In this document: positions 42,597 to 54,425 of the stretch, in pieces | How positions within the stretch are numbered: the stretch's first letter is position 1 | How the letters are laid out: each line of letters begins with the position of its first letter | Assembly (NCBI GenBank): GCA_018971605.1 | Contig: JAGXAL010000001.1 | Coordinates: forward strand, 17,622-81,621 | From: Natronospirales bacterium | GTDB taxonomy: Bacteria > Pseudomonadota > Gammaproteobacteria > Natronospirales > REEB76 | DNA: 64,000 nucleotides | Reading direction: 5' to 3' | The notes under the pieces: model-generated | Database searches by the model: none | The model's input: the letters and a program-made list of their open reading frames with translations, nothing else | What the model was told of the DNA's origin: nothing | Translations under genes and position numbers: made by a program

Positions 42597-43493
42597 ATGC
42601 GTATTGCACTTCGTTCCCTGTTCCTGATCACTGCGATTGCCCTGCTCGCCGCCTGCGGCGGCCAGCAGAATTCGGCGGACACCTCCACGGTACTGGCCAC
42701 CGTCAACGGCGTACCCATCACCAATGACATGTTCCGCGCTTATGTGCGCAGCCTGGCCGGCGGTCAGGAGCCGCAACTCGACGCCCAGCGGCGCCAGTTG
42801 GTGCTCAACCGCCTGGTTGACATGGAAGTGCTTGGGCAGGCGGCGCAAAAATCCGGTTTGGAAAACCAGGCGACCGTGGCTGCGGATCTGAAGATCCAGC
42901 GCACCGGCCTGCTGGCCCAGCAGCTGGTACAACAGTATCTGAGTCAGCATCCGGTCACCGAAGACCAGATCAAGGCGGAATATGCCGCCAAAACCAAGGC
43001 CATGCCCGGGACCGAATATCGTGCGCGCCATATTCTGGTCGCCAGCGAGCAGCAGGCCAGGGACATCATCAGTCAACTGAACCGCGGCGCCAACTTCGCC
43101 ACGCTCGCCAAGAAGTATTCCAGCGACGCTTCCAAGAGCCAGGGCGGTGAACTCGGCTGGTTCAGTCCCGATCAGATGGTGCCGGCATTTTCCGCGGCCG
43201 TCGCGCAACTCAAGAAAGGCGAGTACACCAAGTCACCGGTGCATACGCAGTTCGGCTGGCACGTGATCCAGCTGGAAGACACCCGCAGCATGCCGCCGCC
43301 GAGCCTGAATTCCGTGCGCGATCAGCTCACCAACAGTCTCGAAGGCCAGGAAGTCGAGGCCTACGTGAACCAATTGCGCCAGGGCGCCAAGGTCGTGATC
43401 AGCACGCCGGCCGCTGGCACCGCTGCCAAACCACCGGCAGTGATGTCTGCGCCCGCCGCGACTCCTGCGCCGAAAGGCGGAACCAAGCCGTAA
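42597..43493 (+). CDS. parvulin-type peptidyl-prolyl isomerase lipoprotein
   Basis: Lipobox LLAAC. PpiC domain YRARHILVASE...GGELGWFSPDQMVPAF...FGWHVIQLED. Confidence 0.9.
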   Translation: MRIALRSLFLITAIALLAACGGQQNSADTSTVLATVNGVPITNDMFRAYVRSLAGGQEPQLDAQRRQLVLNRLVDMEVLGQAAQKSGLENQATVAADLKIQRTGLLAQQLVQQYLSQHPVTEDQIKAEYAAKTKAMPGTEYRARHILVASEQQARDIISQLNRGANFATLAKKYSSDASKSQGGELGWFSPDQMVPAFSAAVAQLKKGEYTKSPVHTQFGWHVIQLEDTRSMPPPSLNSVRDQLTNSLEGQEVEAYVNQLRQGAKVVISTPAAGTAAKPPAVMSAPAATPAPKGGTKP

Positions 43494-43520
43494 CACAAAC
43501 AACTTGGATTGGAGTAAATA

Positions 43521-43552
43521 AAAACGGCCAGCGCAAGCTGGCCGTTTTTTTA
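43521..43552. terminator. bidirectional intrinsic terminator
   Basis: A-run, CGGCCAGC-gcaa-GCTGGCCG, then T7. Lies between convergent genes. Confidence 0.9.
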
Positions 43553-43564
43553 TCCAGCCGGTTC

Positions 43565-44101
43565 TCAGTGCTGCCGCTGGAGTTTCTCGAAGGCAGTGCG
43601 TATCTGTTCCAGGCGTGCGCGGTTGGCGCCCACGTCGAACAAGCCGAGACGCGCGATGGAACGCACTTCGATCACGTGGCGCTGCGGCACCAGGTAAAAC
43701 TCCACGTCATCCACCGCTTCTTCGGGTTGGTAGTAATACCGGGACGCATACTCCGCCGGATTGCTGATGGGGTACTCGACACGCAGATAGTTGCGGTGAT
43801 TGGACACGATGCGCGCCTGGCCCACGGCGTTGATGGCAGTCAGCAGATCCGCGCTGGCCAGCACGCGCGTACTGGTATAGGCCAGTGGCGCGATGTACAA
43901 GGCGGGGTCGGTATCGCTGGACGATACGCAGTCCCTGTTGGCCGGACACGTCGCCAACTTTCCCTGACGTACGCCGTACATGGGCGTGAGGATCGTGGTG
44001 CACGCGCCCAGCAACAACGACAAAATGCACAGGGAAATGATTGCGCCAGCGCGCACCGTCGGTCTCCGGGGATTACCAGCCGCACAGCGGAAAGGCTTCA
44101 T
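43565..44101 (-). CDS. DUF1499-family lipoprotein
   Basis: LLGAC lipobox, CPANRDCVSS and VDDVEF motifs typical of DUF1499 (from memory). Start is ATG 44101 or ATG 44128/44131. Confidence 0.7.
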   Translation of the reverse strand: MKPFRCAAGNPRRPTVRAGAIISLCILSLLLGACTTILTPMYGVRQGKLATCPANRDCVSSSDTDPALYIAPLAYTSTRVLASADLLTAINAVGQARIVSNHRNYLRVEYPISNPAEYASRYYYQPEEAVDDVEFYLVPQRHVIEVRSIARLGLFDVGANRARLEQIRTAFEKLQRQH

Positions 44102-44127
44102 TCTATATCCAGGCGCTCTGCGCGGCA

Positions 44128-46290
<2,163 letters not shown>

Positions 46291-46938
46291 TCAGTGCGCC
46301 ACAGCCGGCGGCTGCTGAAATTCCAGAATCCGCTGACGAATCTGCTGGGCCGACTCGGGCGTCAAGGGTTGGCGGCGTTCATCCAGCACCGAGCCTCCCA
46401 GTTGGCGTGCCAAGGCCCGTGCCGTGGCCAGCATGTCAGCGCAGGCCGCCACCCCGTCCTGCGGGCCGGGCAGCACCAGAAACAGCGTCAGCCCCGGAAG
46501 CCGCAACTGCGGCAGGCTGTCCGGCGGCAATACGCCCGGCTCTACCAGGCTGGCCACGCTGAACACCGGCCATTGCGGCGCGCCCTTGAGGAAGCGGTGG
46601 AATACCCGGTATTGGCCGTACTCCAGGCCGTTGGCCTGCAAGGCGCTCAATACCTGGGCACCATCGAATCGGCTGGCCTCGCCGCACACCACGTGCAGCG
46701 ACAGGATCAGTTGGTGGGCATCCAGCCCGGGTACCGCAGTCGGCAAACCCGGCGCCGCCGGAATCGCAATGGACGGGAGAGTCTCCGACGGCGCAAGCGT
46801 CGGCAACTGTCCGCCGTCCAGAGTGGGTTCGGTGCGTGCACTCTCGGCGCGGCGTTGCCGGCGCTGTCGCGATAACAGATACACCAGCGCGATAAACACC
46901 ACGCCGATCAAGACAATTATCAGCCGCAGTTGCCACAT
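46291..46938 (-). CDS. zipA: cell division protein ZipA (short form)
   Basis: N-terminal TM MWQLRLIIVLIGVVFIALV, P-rich linker and C-terminal FtsZ-binding domain. ATG lies 1 nt after the smc stop. Confidence 0.88.
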   Translation of the reverse strand: MWQLRLIIVLIGVVFIALVYLLSRQRRQRRAESARTEPTLDGGQLPTLAPSETLPSIAIPAAPGLPTAVPGLDAHQLILSLHVVCGEASRFDGAQVLSALQANGLEYGQYRVFHRFLKGAPQWPVFSVASLVEPGVLPPDSLPQLRLPGLTLFLVLPGPQDGVAACADMLATARALARQLGGSVLDERRQPLTPESAQQIRQRILEFQQPPAVAH

Positions 46939-46939
46939 C

Positions 46940-49900
46940 TCACATGGCCGCGATGCGCACCGCTTCGTCCACGTCCACGTCCACCAGCCGCGATACGCCC
47001 GGCTCACTCATGGTCACGCCGATCAACTGATTGGCCATTTCCATGGTGCTCTTGTTGTGGGTGATGAACACGAATTGCACCCGGTCGGACATGCCGCGCA
47101 CCAAATCGCCGAAGCGCCCGATGTTGGCTTCATCCAGCGGCGCGTCCACTTCATCCAGCAGGCAGAACGGCGCCGGATTGAGTTCGAAGATCGAGAACAC
47201 CAGCGCCACTGCCGTCAGCGCCTTCTCGCCGCCGGACAACAAGTGAATGGTGCTGTTACGTTTGCCGGGAGGTCGCGCCATGATGGTGACGCCGGCGTCC
47301 AGCAGCTCCTCGCCGGTCAGTTCCAGGTAGGCATGGCCGCCGCCGAAGAGTTTGGGGAAACTCGTCTGCAGGCCGGCGTTGACCTTGTCGAAGGTTTCCT
47401 GGAAACGCGCGCGGGTTTCACGATCGATCTTGTGGATGGCGGCCCGCAGCGTGTCCAGCGCCTGATTCAAGTCGGCCAGCTGGGAATCCAGATACTGCTT
47501 GCGCTCCGCCTGCTCGTTGTATTCCTGGATCGCGGCCAGATTTATCGGACCCAACCGCTCAATGCGTTGAGCGGCGCCGGCGAGTTTCTCGGTCCATTCG
47601 GTAATACCGGCCTTGTCATTCAGCCCTGACAACACTTGCTCAAGCGCATAACCGTCAGCACGCAATTGCTCTTCCAGCGTGGTGCGCCGTACGCGCGCTT
47701 CTTGGGTGCCGAGTTGCAGTTGCTGCAACTGCCCGCGCTGTTCCTCGGCGCGATGCTCACTCGCCTGACGCTGCCGTTCCAGCGTGCGCACCTGTTCCGC
47801 GATGGATTCCAATTGCAGGCGCGCCGCACCAAGCTCGTTGTCCATCCCGGCGCGCCGTTGCAGCAGGCTCTTGAGTTCGGTTTCCTGCTGGCGCATCGGC
47901 GCCTGCGCGTCTTCAATGGCCTGCTGCAAGGCGCTGCGGCGCGCATCCATCTGCAGGAGTTGCGCCTGCACGCGTTCCAGGTTCTGGCGGGTGGAATCGC
48001 GCGTCGAGCGTTGCGATTCGAACTTGAGCGCCAGCCCATGACGGACCTCGGCATCCTGTTTGGCGCGGGTCCGCGCTTCTTCCACGCGTCCACGCAGCGC
48101 GTCGCGTTCGGTTTGCAGCGCTTCGCGGCGTGACTCCAGCGCCTGCACGCCGGCAAGCGCCGCCTGCCGTTCACTTTGGACACTTTGCAATTCGGATTGT
48201 GCGGAGGCCAGCTGCCTGTCGAGCTCGCCAATCTCCGCGTCCAGCTGCGCCGCACGTTGCGCCACCTGTTGCAGCTTGTCCTTGACGCTCTGCTGGCGTG
48301 CGTGCAACTCGGCCTGTTGGGCATGCGCCTGGTTGAGATCATCCTGCAGTTCTTCGCGCTGCGCCTCCAGCTCGCGCATGCGGTGCCGCGCGCTTTCCTG
48401 GCGTGCGGCCTTGGCGGCGGCCTCGCGTTCGATGGTGGCCAACTGCGCCTGACGTTGTTTGAGTTCCTGGGCACGCGCGAGCACGCCGGCGCGTTCGTCC
48501 TCGCCGCGTATCACGCGCAGCCAATGGCGCCCGAACCACAGGCCGTCACGGATGATGACCGATTCCCCGGCGGCGAGCCGGCTGCGCATGGCCAGCGCCG
48601 CCGGCAGGTCATCGGCGGTACGCACCTGCCCCAGCCAGTCGTCCAGGGCCAGCGGACTCTGAACCTTGGCCAGCAGGCTGCCACTGGCAACGGCTCCGGC
48701 CGCCGCGGCTTTTTCCACGAAGGTTAGCGAGCCTCCCGCAAGACTGGCAAATTCCGCGGCGTCATCGGCGAACCGGTCCACGCACACCGCTTCCAGGTGG
48801 TAGCCGAGGACCGTCTCCACGGCACGTTCCCAACCGGGCGCCACGCTGATCAACTCCGCGAGGCGCGGCTCCCCGGACAGTTTGCGCTGCTTGAGCCATT
48901 CGCCGACTTGAGTACGGCTGCGTCCCAAGGCCGCCTGCTGCAACGCATCGAGCGAGGCCAGCCGGCCGCGCTGGTCTTCCAGCCGGCTGCGCAGATCGTG
49001 CAGTGCCGCAGTCAGCTGCTGATCGCTTTCCCGCAGACCTTCGAGTTCCTGCGTTGCCCGTTCCAGTTTGGCTTGCAGCTGCGTGCGCGCAGCTTCTGCT
49101 TTCCGCAACGCCTCATCCAGCCCCGCGACGTCCGATCGCTTGGCGCCGGCCGGCAGACCACTGCGCTCCTGCAGCAATTTTTCGCGGCGCTGGAATTCCT
49201 GAGCCAGCTGCCGATCGAGATGTTCGATGCGGGTACGCGCAACTTCCGCGCCTTGCGCGTGCTCGTTGGCCTCGCGGTTAAACGCTTCCCAGCGCTCCTG
49301 CCAAGCCTGCAAGGCACGCTCGGCTTCCGCCAGCAGTTGCGCCGAGCGCTGTTCACCGGCCAGGGCTTGCGTGTGTGCCGGCTCAAAGTCGGCGAGCACA
49401 GTCTCGGCCTGTGCAATCTGCTCGCGATCGCGGCTCAGATGGCCCTCGACTTCCTGGCGGCTGACTTGCAGGTTTTCAAAATCCTGCTGGTGCTGGCGGC
49501 GCGCCTCACGCAAATGTTGCAGCGATTGTTCCAAACGCGCGGTGGCGGTTGCCAGTTCGTAGGAACGGGCCTGCACTTCGTTCAAGCCGTCGCCGGCCCG
49601 GGTATGGCGCGCGCGGGTTTTTTCCAGCTCGCTTTCCAGCGCCCGTTGTTCCGCGATCGCCGCTTCCAGCCGGGTTTCTTGTTCACGGATCCCCCGGTCC
49701 TGGCCGCCGACCTGCTCATCGAGTTCGCGCCAATGCAGCGCCTTGAGCTCGGCCTCCAGCCGGCGCTTCTCCTCATTCAGGGTTTTGTAGCGTTCGGCGG
49801 CGCGCGCCTGCCGATGCAGATGCTCGATCTGCTTGCTGATCTCTTCCAGCACGTCGTTCAGGCGCTCGATGTTTTCGCGCGTCGCATGGATGCGGCTCTC

Positions 49901-50440
49901 GGTCTCGCGCCGGCGTTCCTTGTAACGCGAAATGCCGGCCGCCTCCTCCAGGAACACGCGCATTTCTTCCGGCTTGGACTCCACCAGCCGGGTGATCGTG
50001 CCTTGCTCGATGATGGCGTAGCTACGCGGCCCGAGGCCGGTTCCGAGGAACAGGTCGGTGACGTCGCGCCGCCGGCAGCGGGCATTATTCAGGAAATAAT
50101 TGGAAGTGCCGTCGCGCACCACTTCGCGCCGCACGGAGATTTCCGCGTAGTTGGCGAACTGGCCACCGACGGCGCCGTCGGCATTGTCGAACAGCAATTC
50201 AATCGAGGCCGCGCTCACCGGCTTGCGCGCGCTGGAACCGTTGAAAATCACGTCGGCCATGGACTCGCCGCGCAACTGTTTGGCGGACAGCTCACCCATT
50301 ACCCAGCGCACCGCATCGATGACGTTGGATTTGCCGCAACCGTTGGGGCCGACGATGCCGACCAGGTTGCTGGGCAGGTGAATGGTGGTCGGGTCCACGA
50401 AGGATTTGAATCCCGACATTTTTATCTTGCTGAGCCGCAT
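46940..50440 (-). CDS. smc: chromosome segregation protein SMC
   Basis: GPNGCGKSN Walker A, long coiled coils, hinge, LSGGEKALTA signature and Walker B LLDEVDAPLD. Start at MRLSKIKMSGFKSF. Confidence 0.97.
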   Translation of the reverse strand: MRLSKIKMSGFKSFVDPTTIHLPSNLVGIVGPNGCGKSNVIDAVRWVMGELSAKQLRGESMADVIFNGSSARKPVSAASIELLFDNADGAVGGQFANYAEISVRREVVRDGTSNYFLNNARCRRRDVTDLFLGTGLGPRSYAIIEQGTITRLVESKPEEMRVFLEEAAGISRYKERRRETESRIHATRENIERLNDVLEEISKQIEHLHRQARAAERYKTLNEEKRRLEAELKALHWRELDEQVGGQDRGIREQETRLEAAIAEQRALESELEKTRARHTRAGDGLNEVQARSYELATATARLEQSLQHLREARRQHQQDFENLQVSRQEVEGHLSRDREQIAQAETVLADFEPAHTQALAGEQRSAQLLAEAERALQAWQERWEAFNREANEHAQGAEVARTRIEHLDRQLAQEFQRREKLLQERSGLPAGAKRSDVAGLDEALRKAEAARTQLQAKLERATQELEGLRESDQQLTAALHDLRSRLEDQRGRLASLDALQQAALGRSRTQVGEWLKQRKLSGEPRLAELISVAPGWERAVETVLGYHLEAVCVDRFADDAAEFASLAGGSLTFVEKAAAAGAVASGSLLAKVQSPLALDDWLGQVRTADDLPAALAMRSRLAAGESVIIRDGLWFGRHWLRVIRGEDERAGVLARAQELKQRQAQLATIEREAAAKAARQESARHRMRELEAQREELQDDLNQAHAQQAELHARQQSVKDKLQQVAQRAAQLDAEIGELDRQLASAQSELQSVQSERQAALAGVQALESRREALQTERDALRGRVEEARTRAKQDAEVRHGLALKFESQRSTRDSTRQNLERVQAQLLQMDARRSALQQAIEDAQAPMRQQETELKSLLQRRAGMDNELGAARLQLESIAEQVRTLERQRQASEHRAEEQRGQLQQLQLGTQEARVRRTTLEEQLRADGYALEQVLSGLNDKAGITEWTEKLAGAAQRIERLGPINLAAIQEYNEQAERKQYLDSQLADLNQALDTLRAAIHKIDRETRARFQETFDKVNAGLQTSFPKLFGGGHAYLELTGEELLDAGVTIMARPPGKRNSTIHLLSGGEKALTAVALVFSIFELNPAPFCLLDEVDAPLDEANIGRFGDLVRGMSDRVQFVFITHNKSTMEMANQLIGVTMSEPGVSRLVDVDVDEAVRIAAM

Positions 50441-50520
50441 GCTGAATGACGCCGTTGGGCGCGGTGCCGGTCTTAGCCGTGTAGTGTAAAGTATTGGCGC
50501 CTGAAAACGCAGTAGCCCGC

Positions 50521-50910
50521 ATGCCCCCCGCACCCAGCAAAAACCTCGAGACTTTTCCCAATCCGCATCCCGATCGCGACTACAGCATTCGCATCCGCGT
50601 TCCGGAATTCACCTGTTTGTGTCCGCGCACCGGGCAGCCGGATTTCGCCGAACTGCTGCTGGAATACGTCCCCAACCAGCTGTGCGTGGAGCTCAAGACG
50701 CTGAAGCTTTACATCTGGAGCTACCGCGACCAGGGCGCGTTTCACGAGGAGGTGACCAATCGCATCCTCGGCGATCTGACGGCGGCGCTGGCGCCGCGGT
50801 TTATGCGGCTGACGGCGCAGTTCAACGTGCGCGGCGGGCTGTATACCACGGTGGTCGCCGAGCACCGCCAGCCGGGCTGGCAAAGCCCCGCACCGGTCAC
50901 ACTGCCCTGA
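50521..50910 (+). CDS. queF: NADPH-dependent 7-cyano-7-deazaguanine reductase, unimodular type
   Basis: 129 aa. [15 protein letters not shown] (catalytic Cys) and the QueF motif [12 protein letters not shown]. Confidence 0.9.
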   Translation: MPPAPSKNLETFPNPHPDRDYSIRIRVPEFTCLCPRTGQPDFAELLLEYVPNQLCVELKTLKLYIWSYRDQGAFHEEVTNRILGDLTAALAPRFMRLTAQFNVRGGLYTTVVAEHRQPGWQSPAPVTLP

Positions 50911-50918
50911 GCGGCGCC

Positions 50919-51659
50919 GTGCTCGAGGAATTTACCCACGGTGCGCGCTGCCTGTTTCAAGGCTTCACCTGGCTGACCCGGCCGGGGGTGCGGCGCTATG
51001 TAATCCTGCCGTTGCTCATCAATCTGCTGCTGTTTGCCGTGGCGATTGCCCTCGGTGCGCATTATTTCGGCGCTTGGCTGGACCATTGGATTTCCGGGCT
51101 GCCCCGCTGGCTGGCGTGGTTGGCGGCGATTTTGTGGGTGGTATTTGCACTGGCGGCCGTGATGGTGTTGTTCTATGCCTTCACCCTGGTCGCCAACCTC
51201 ATCGCCGCGCCCTTTGATATTTTCCTGGCCATGCGAGTCGAGGCCGTGATTACCGGCCGGCGGCCGGAGACCGGGCGCAGTCTCGCGCAGGACATCGCCA
51301 TGGGCTTGCACGGCCAGTTGCAGCGGCTGCTGTACATTCTGTGGCGCCTGATACTTATCGGCATCCTCGGGCTGGTGTTGTTGTTTGTGCCGATCTTCGG
51401 TGTGTTCACTCCGCTGCTGTGGTTCCTGTTCACCGCCTGGACGCTGGCCATCGTGTATTCGGATTTCCCGCTCAGCAACCGCGGCATAGCCTTTGCCGAG
51501 CAACGGCGCCTGTTCAGGCAAAAACGCGCACGCCTGTTCGGTTTTGGCGCCGCGGCTGCGCTGTGCACCCTGCTGCCGATCGTGAATTTAATCATCATAC
51601 CGGTGGCAGTGGCCGGCGCCACCCTCCTGTGGAGCGATCCGCGGTCGGTGAATTCGTGA
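50919..51659 (+). CDS. cysZ: sulfate transporter CysZ
   Basis: RPGVRRYVILPLLINLLLF..., PLLWFLFTAWTLAIVYSDFP..., IIIPVAVAGATLLW. GTG start. Confidence 0.88.
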   Translation: MLEEFTHGARCLFQGFTWLTRPGVRRYVILPLLINLLLFAVAIALGAHYFGAWLDHWISGLPRWLAWLAAILWVVFALAAVMVLFYAFTLVANLIAAPFDIFLAMRVEAVITGRRPETGRSLAQDIAMGLHGQLQRLLYILWRLILIGILGLVLLFVPIFGVFTPLLWFLFTAWTLAIVYSDFPLSNRGIAFAEQRRLFRQKRARLFGFGAAAALCTLLPIVNLIIIPVAVAGATLLWSDPRSVNS

Positions 51660-51708
51660 GGCCTGCTGCCATCGGCTTGCAGCCAACGCGGGTTTGTGCG
51701 CGGGTAAC

Positions 51709-51737
51709 TTGCCTCGCCGACGGCAATCCTGTATAAA
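51709..51737 (+). promoter_or_regulatory. sigma70-like promoter of dksA
   Basis: TTGCCT, 17-nt spacer, TATAAA. The -10 hexamer ends 37 nt upstream of ATG 51775. Confidence 0.5.
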
Positions 51738-51774
51738 CTGCGCCGCTTAAATTTCGGATCGACTGGAGTTCTGC

Positions 51775-52323
51775 ATGCCGGCCAAGATTAAAGCCGCAAT
51801 TGCCTCTAAAGCCGCAAGGAAGCCCGCCCTCAGGGCCATCGTCAAGGCCAGCGCCAAGAAGTCTTCTGCCAAACCTGCTGCCAGCCCGCGTCGCCGCCGC
51901 TCGGCGGCCGAAGGCTTCATGGGTTTTACGCCCTATCCGCTCAAGAAGGGCGAGCCCTACATGAACGAAAACCAGCGGATGCATTTCCGCAATATCCTGC
52001 TGGGCTGGAAAAGGGAGCTGATGGAAGAAGTGGACCGCACCGTGCATCACATGCAGGATGAAGCGGCCAATTTTCCGGACCCCAACGACCGGGCCACCCA
52101 GGAATCCGAGTTCAGCCTGGAACTGCGCACCCGCGACCGCGAACGCAAACTCATCAAGAAAATTGACGAGGCCCTGGCCAGCCTCGAAGCCGGCGAATAC
52201 GGCTATTGCGATTCCTGCGGCGTGGAAATCGGCATCCGCCGGCTGGAAGCTCGGCCCACCGCCACCCAGTGCATAGACTGCAAAACCCTGGACGAGATCC
52301 GCGAAAAACAGACCACGGGCTGA
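51775..52323 (+). CDS. dksA: RNA polymerase-binding transcription factor DksA with basic N-terminal extension
   Basis: Core [39 protein letters not shown], then the [25 protein letters not shown] zinc finger. GGAG SD lies 6 nt before ATG 51775. Confidence 0.93.
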   Translation: MPAKIKAAIASKAARKPALRAIVKASAKKSSAKPAASPRRRRSAAEGFMGFTPYPLKKGEPYMNENQRMHFRNILLGWKRELMEEVDRTVHHMQDEAANFPDPNDRATQESEFSLELRTRDRERKLIKKIDEALASLEAGEYGYCDSCGVEIGIRRLEARPTATQCIDCKTLDEIREKQTTG

Positions 52324-52335
52324 CAAAAGACAGGC

Positions 52336-52401
52336 GTGCTGCGTGCTAAGTTCTGCGTGAAAGACCCCCCGCATCTTGACGCAGCACGCAGAACGCAGCA
52401 C
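52336..52401 (+). promoter_or_regulatory. repeat-rich alternative-hairpin element between dksA and gluQ
   Basis: Two CTGCGT(G) copies (52339-, 52353-) face three tandem ACGCAG copies (52379-52398). For example, TTCTGCGTG/CACGCAGAA pairs 9 bp and GTGCTGCG/CGCAGCAC pairs 8 bp. Confidence 0.6.
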
Positions 52402-53343
52402 TCGGAACAGGGTGTCGTTCCCTCCGCATCCCCCTCACCTCCTTATAAAGGCCGCTTCGCGCCTTCGCCCACCGGACCCTTGCATTTCGGATCGCTGGTG
52501 GCGGCTCTCGGCAGCTTCCTCGACGCCCGCGCGCACGCTGGTCAATGGCTGCTGCGCATCGAGGATCTGGACCCGCCGCGCGAACCGCCCGGAGCGGCCG
52601 ATGCCATCCTTCGCAGTCTTGACGCTCACGGCCTGCATTGGGACGGTGCTGTCATGTATCAGCACGACCGGCTGGAGGCTTATAAGGCCGCGGCCCAGAA
52701 ACTTCGGCAGGATGGCTGGGCCTATCCCTGTGCCTGCAGCCGGCGCGAGATTGCCGACAGCGGCTTGCGAGGGCTGGAAGGACCGGTCTATCCGGGCATC
52801 TGCCGCAGCGGCCTGCCAACAGGCAAACCTGCACGCGCGCTGCGCCTGCGGGTTCCGGACACGGCAGTGTTCGAATTCGAAGATGTCTTGCAGGGCGCCC
52901 TCCGTCAGGACCTGGCGCGGGAAATCGGCGACTTTGTCATTCGCCGGGCGGACGGCCACTTCGCATACCAGCTCGCCGTAGTCGTCGACGACGCCTTTCA
53001 GGGCATCACGCAAGTGGTGCGCGGTGCGGATTTGCTGCTGTCGACTCCAAGACAGATCTACCTGCAGCGCCGCCTTGGGCTGCCGACACCTTTTTATATG
53101 CACCTGCCTGTGGCGGTGAATGCTGCCGGAGAGAAATTGAGCAAGCAGACCGGCGCCCTGCCGCTGGATGACACCCAGCCCGTTGCCAATCTGTTTCTGG
53201 CGCTGAAGCTTCTGCACCAGCCACCGCCGCGGGAATTGCAGAACGCGCCGGCCGCCGAGCTTCTGCGTTGGGCAGTGAACAACTGGCACACTACAGGTTT
53301 GCGCGGTATATTGACTCAGGAAATCGCGCAAGAAGATACATGA
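52336..53343 (+). CDS. gluQ: tRNA glutamyl-Q(34) synthetase (GluQRS/YadB)
   Basis: [51 protein letters not shown]. The 5' end is uncertain: the only in-frame starts are GTG 52336 and GTG 52357. Confidence 0.88.
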   Translation: MLRAKFCVKDPPHLDAARRTQHSEQGVVPSASPSPPYKGRFAPSPTGPLHFGSLVAALGSFLDARAHAGQWLLRIEDLDPPREPPGAADAILRSLDAHGLHWDGAVMYQHDRLEAYKAAAQKLRQDGWAYPCACSRREIADSGLRGLEGPVYPGICRSGLPTGKPARALRLRVPDTAVFEFEDVLQGALRQDLAREIGDFVIRRADGHFAYQLAVVVDDAFQGITQVVRGADLLLSTPRQIYLQRRLGLPTPFYMHLPVAVNAAGEKLSKQTGALPLDDTQPVANLFLALKLLHQPPPRELQNAPAAELLRWAVNNWHTTGLRGILTQEIAQEDT

Positions 53344-53370
53344 ATAACAATATATAACTTATTGATATAA

Positions 53371-54408
53371 ATGGATAAAGAATACAGTTTAACCACTGAC
53401 TCGGAACTCGCTTCCACATCCACGAAGTCACATAGCGGCGGCAGAGTTATCGCCAGTGAATTCAAACCAAGCTGGCTGCTGCAGAATCGTCACCTCCAGA
53501 CAGTCTTTCCCAACATCATTTATCCCGGCCCGCTGCCGCCCTTGCGGCGCGAGCGCTTGGAACTGCCGGACGGAGATTTCGTCGACGTCGACTGGACCCT
53601 CGGTACTCGCGGGCCCATCATCATCGTGTTGCATGGGCTCGAGGGCTCGACCCGATCCCATTACGCCGCACGCCTGCTGCGTCGCCTGCACAGGCTTGGC
53701 CTGCGGGCTGCGTTACCTCACTTCCGGGGTTGCAGCGGTGAGCCCAACCGCCTGCCCATCGGCTACCACTCTGGCTACACCCAAGACCTTGAATATTTCA
53801 CGCAGCTCCTCAAGCGCCGCGAGCCGCAAACATTGCTGGCCGCGGTGGGCTATTCGCTGGGTGGCAGCGTGCTGCTCAAATGGCTTGGCGAAAGTCCCAA
53901 CAGCCGGCGGCTGCAGACGGCCGTGGCGGTTTCCGTCCCTTTTGATCTGAGCGTGGCTGCCGAAACGGTGGAGCATGGCATGTCGCAAATCTACAAATGG
54001 AATCTGCTCGGCAGCATGCGGCGCTCGTCGCTACGTAAGTTCCGGAGAGTCCAGGCCCCGTTTCCACTGCCGGATATCCACAAGCTGCGCAGTTTCCGGA
54101 CTTTTGACAACGCATTGACAGCACCCTTGCACGGCTTCCGGGATGCGGACGATTACTACATGACTTGCAGCAGCAGGCAATATCTGAAAAATATCCGTGT
54201 ACCCACGCTGATACTGCACTCCAGCGATGATCCGCTCATGACGCCGGCGTCGGTACCCCGCGCAGACGAGCTTTCGCCTGCCGTGACTCTGGAGCTCAGC
54301 CATAAAGGCGGCCACGTGGGTTTCGTGACCGGTTCGCTCTTGCGTCCCAATATGTGGCTGCGGGACAGGATCAGCCGTTATTTGCTGCAGACCTTACCTC
54401 GGACTTGA
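53371..54408 (+). CDS. alpha/beta hydrolase (YheT-like)
   Basis: 345 aa. HGLEGS, nucleophile elbow GYSLGG, ...SSDDP...GGHVGF. Confidence 0.85.
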   Translation: MDKEYSLTTDSELASTSTKSHSGGRVIASEFKPSWLLQNRHLQTVFPNIIYPGPLPPLRRERLELPDGDFVDVDWTLGTRGPIIIVLHGLEGSTRSHYAARLLRRLHRLGLRAALPHFRGCSGEPNRLPIGYHSGYTQDLEYFTQLLKRREPQTLLAAVGYSLGGSVLLKWLGESPNSRRLQTAVAVSVPFDLSVAAETVEHGMSQIYKWNLLGSMRRSSLRKFRRVQAPFPLPDIHKLRSFRTFDNALTAPLHGFRDADDYYMTCSSRQYLKNIRVPTLILHSSDDPLMTPASVPRADELSPAVTLELSHKGGHVGFVTGSLLRPNMWLRDRISRYLLQTLPRT

Positions 54409-54425
54409 GCACATCGGGAGATTTT

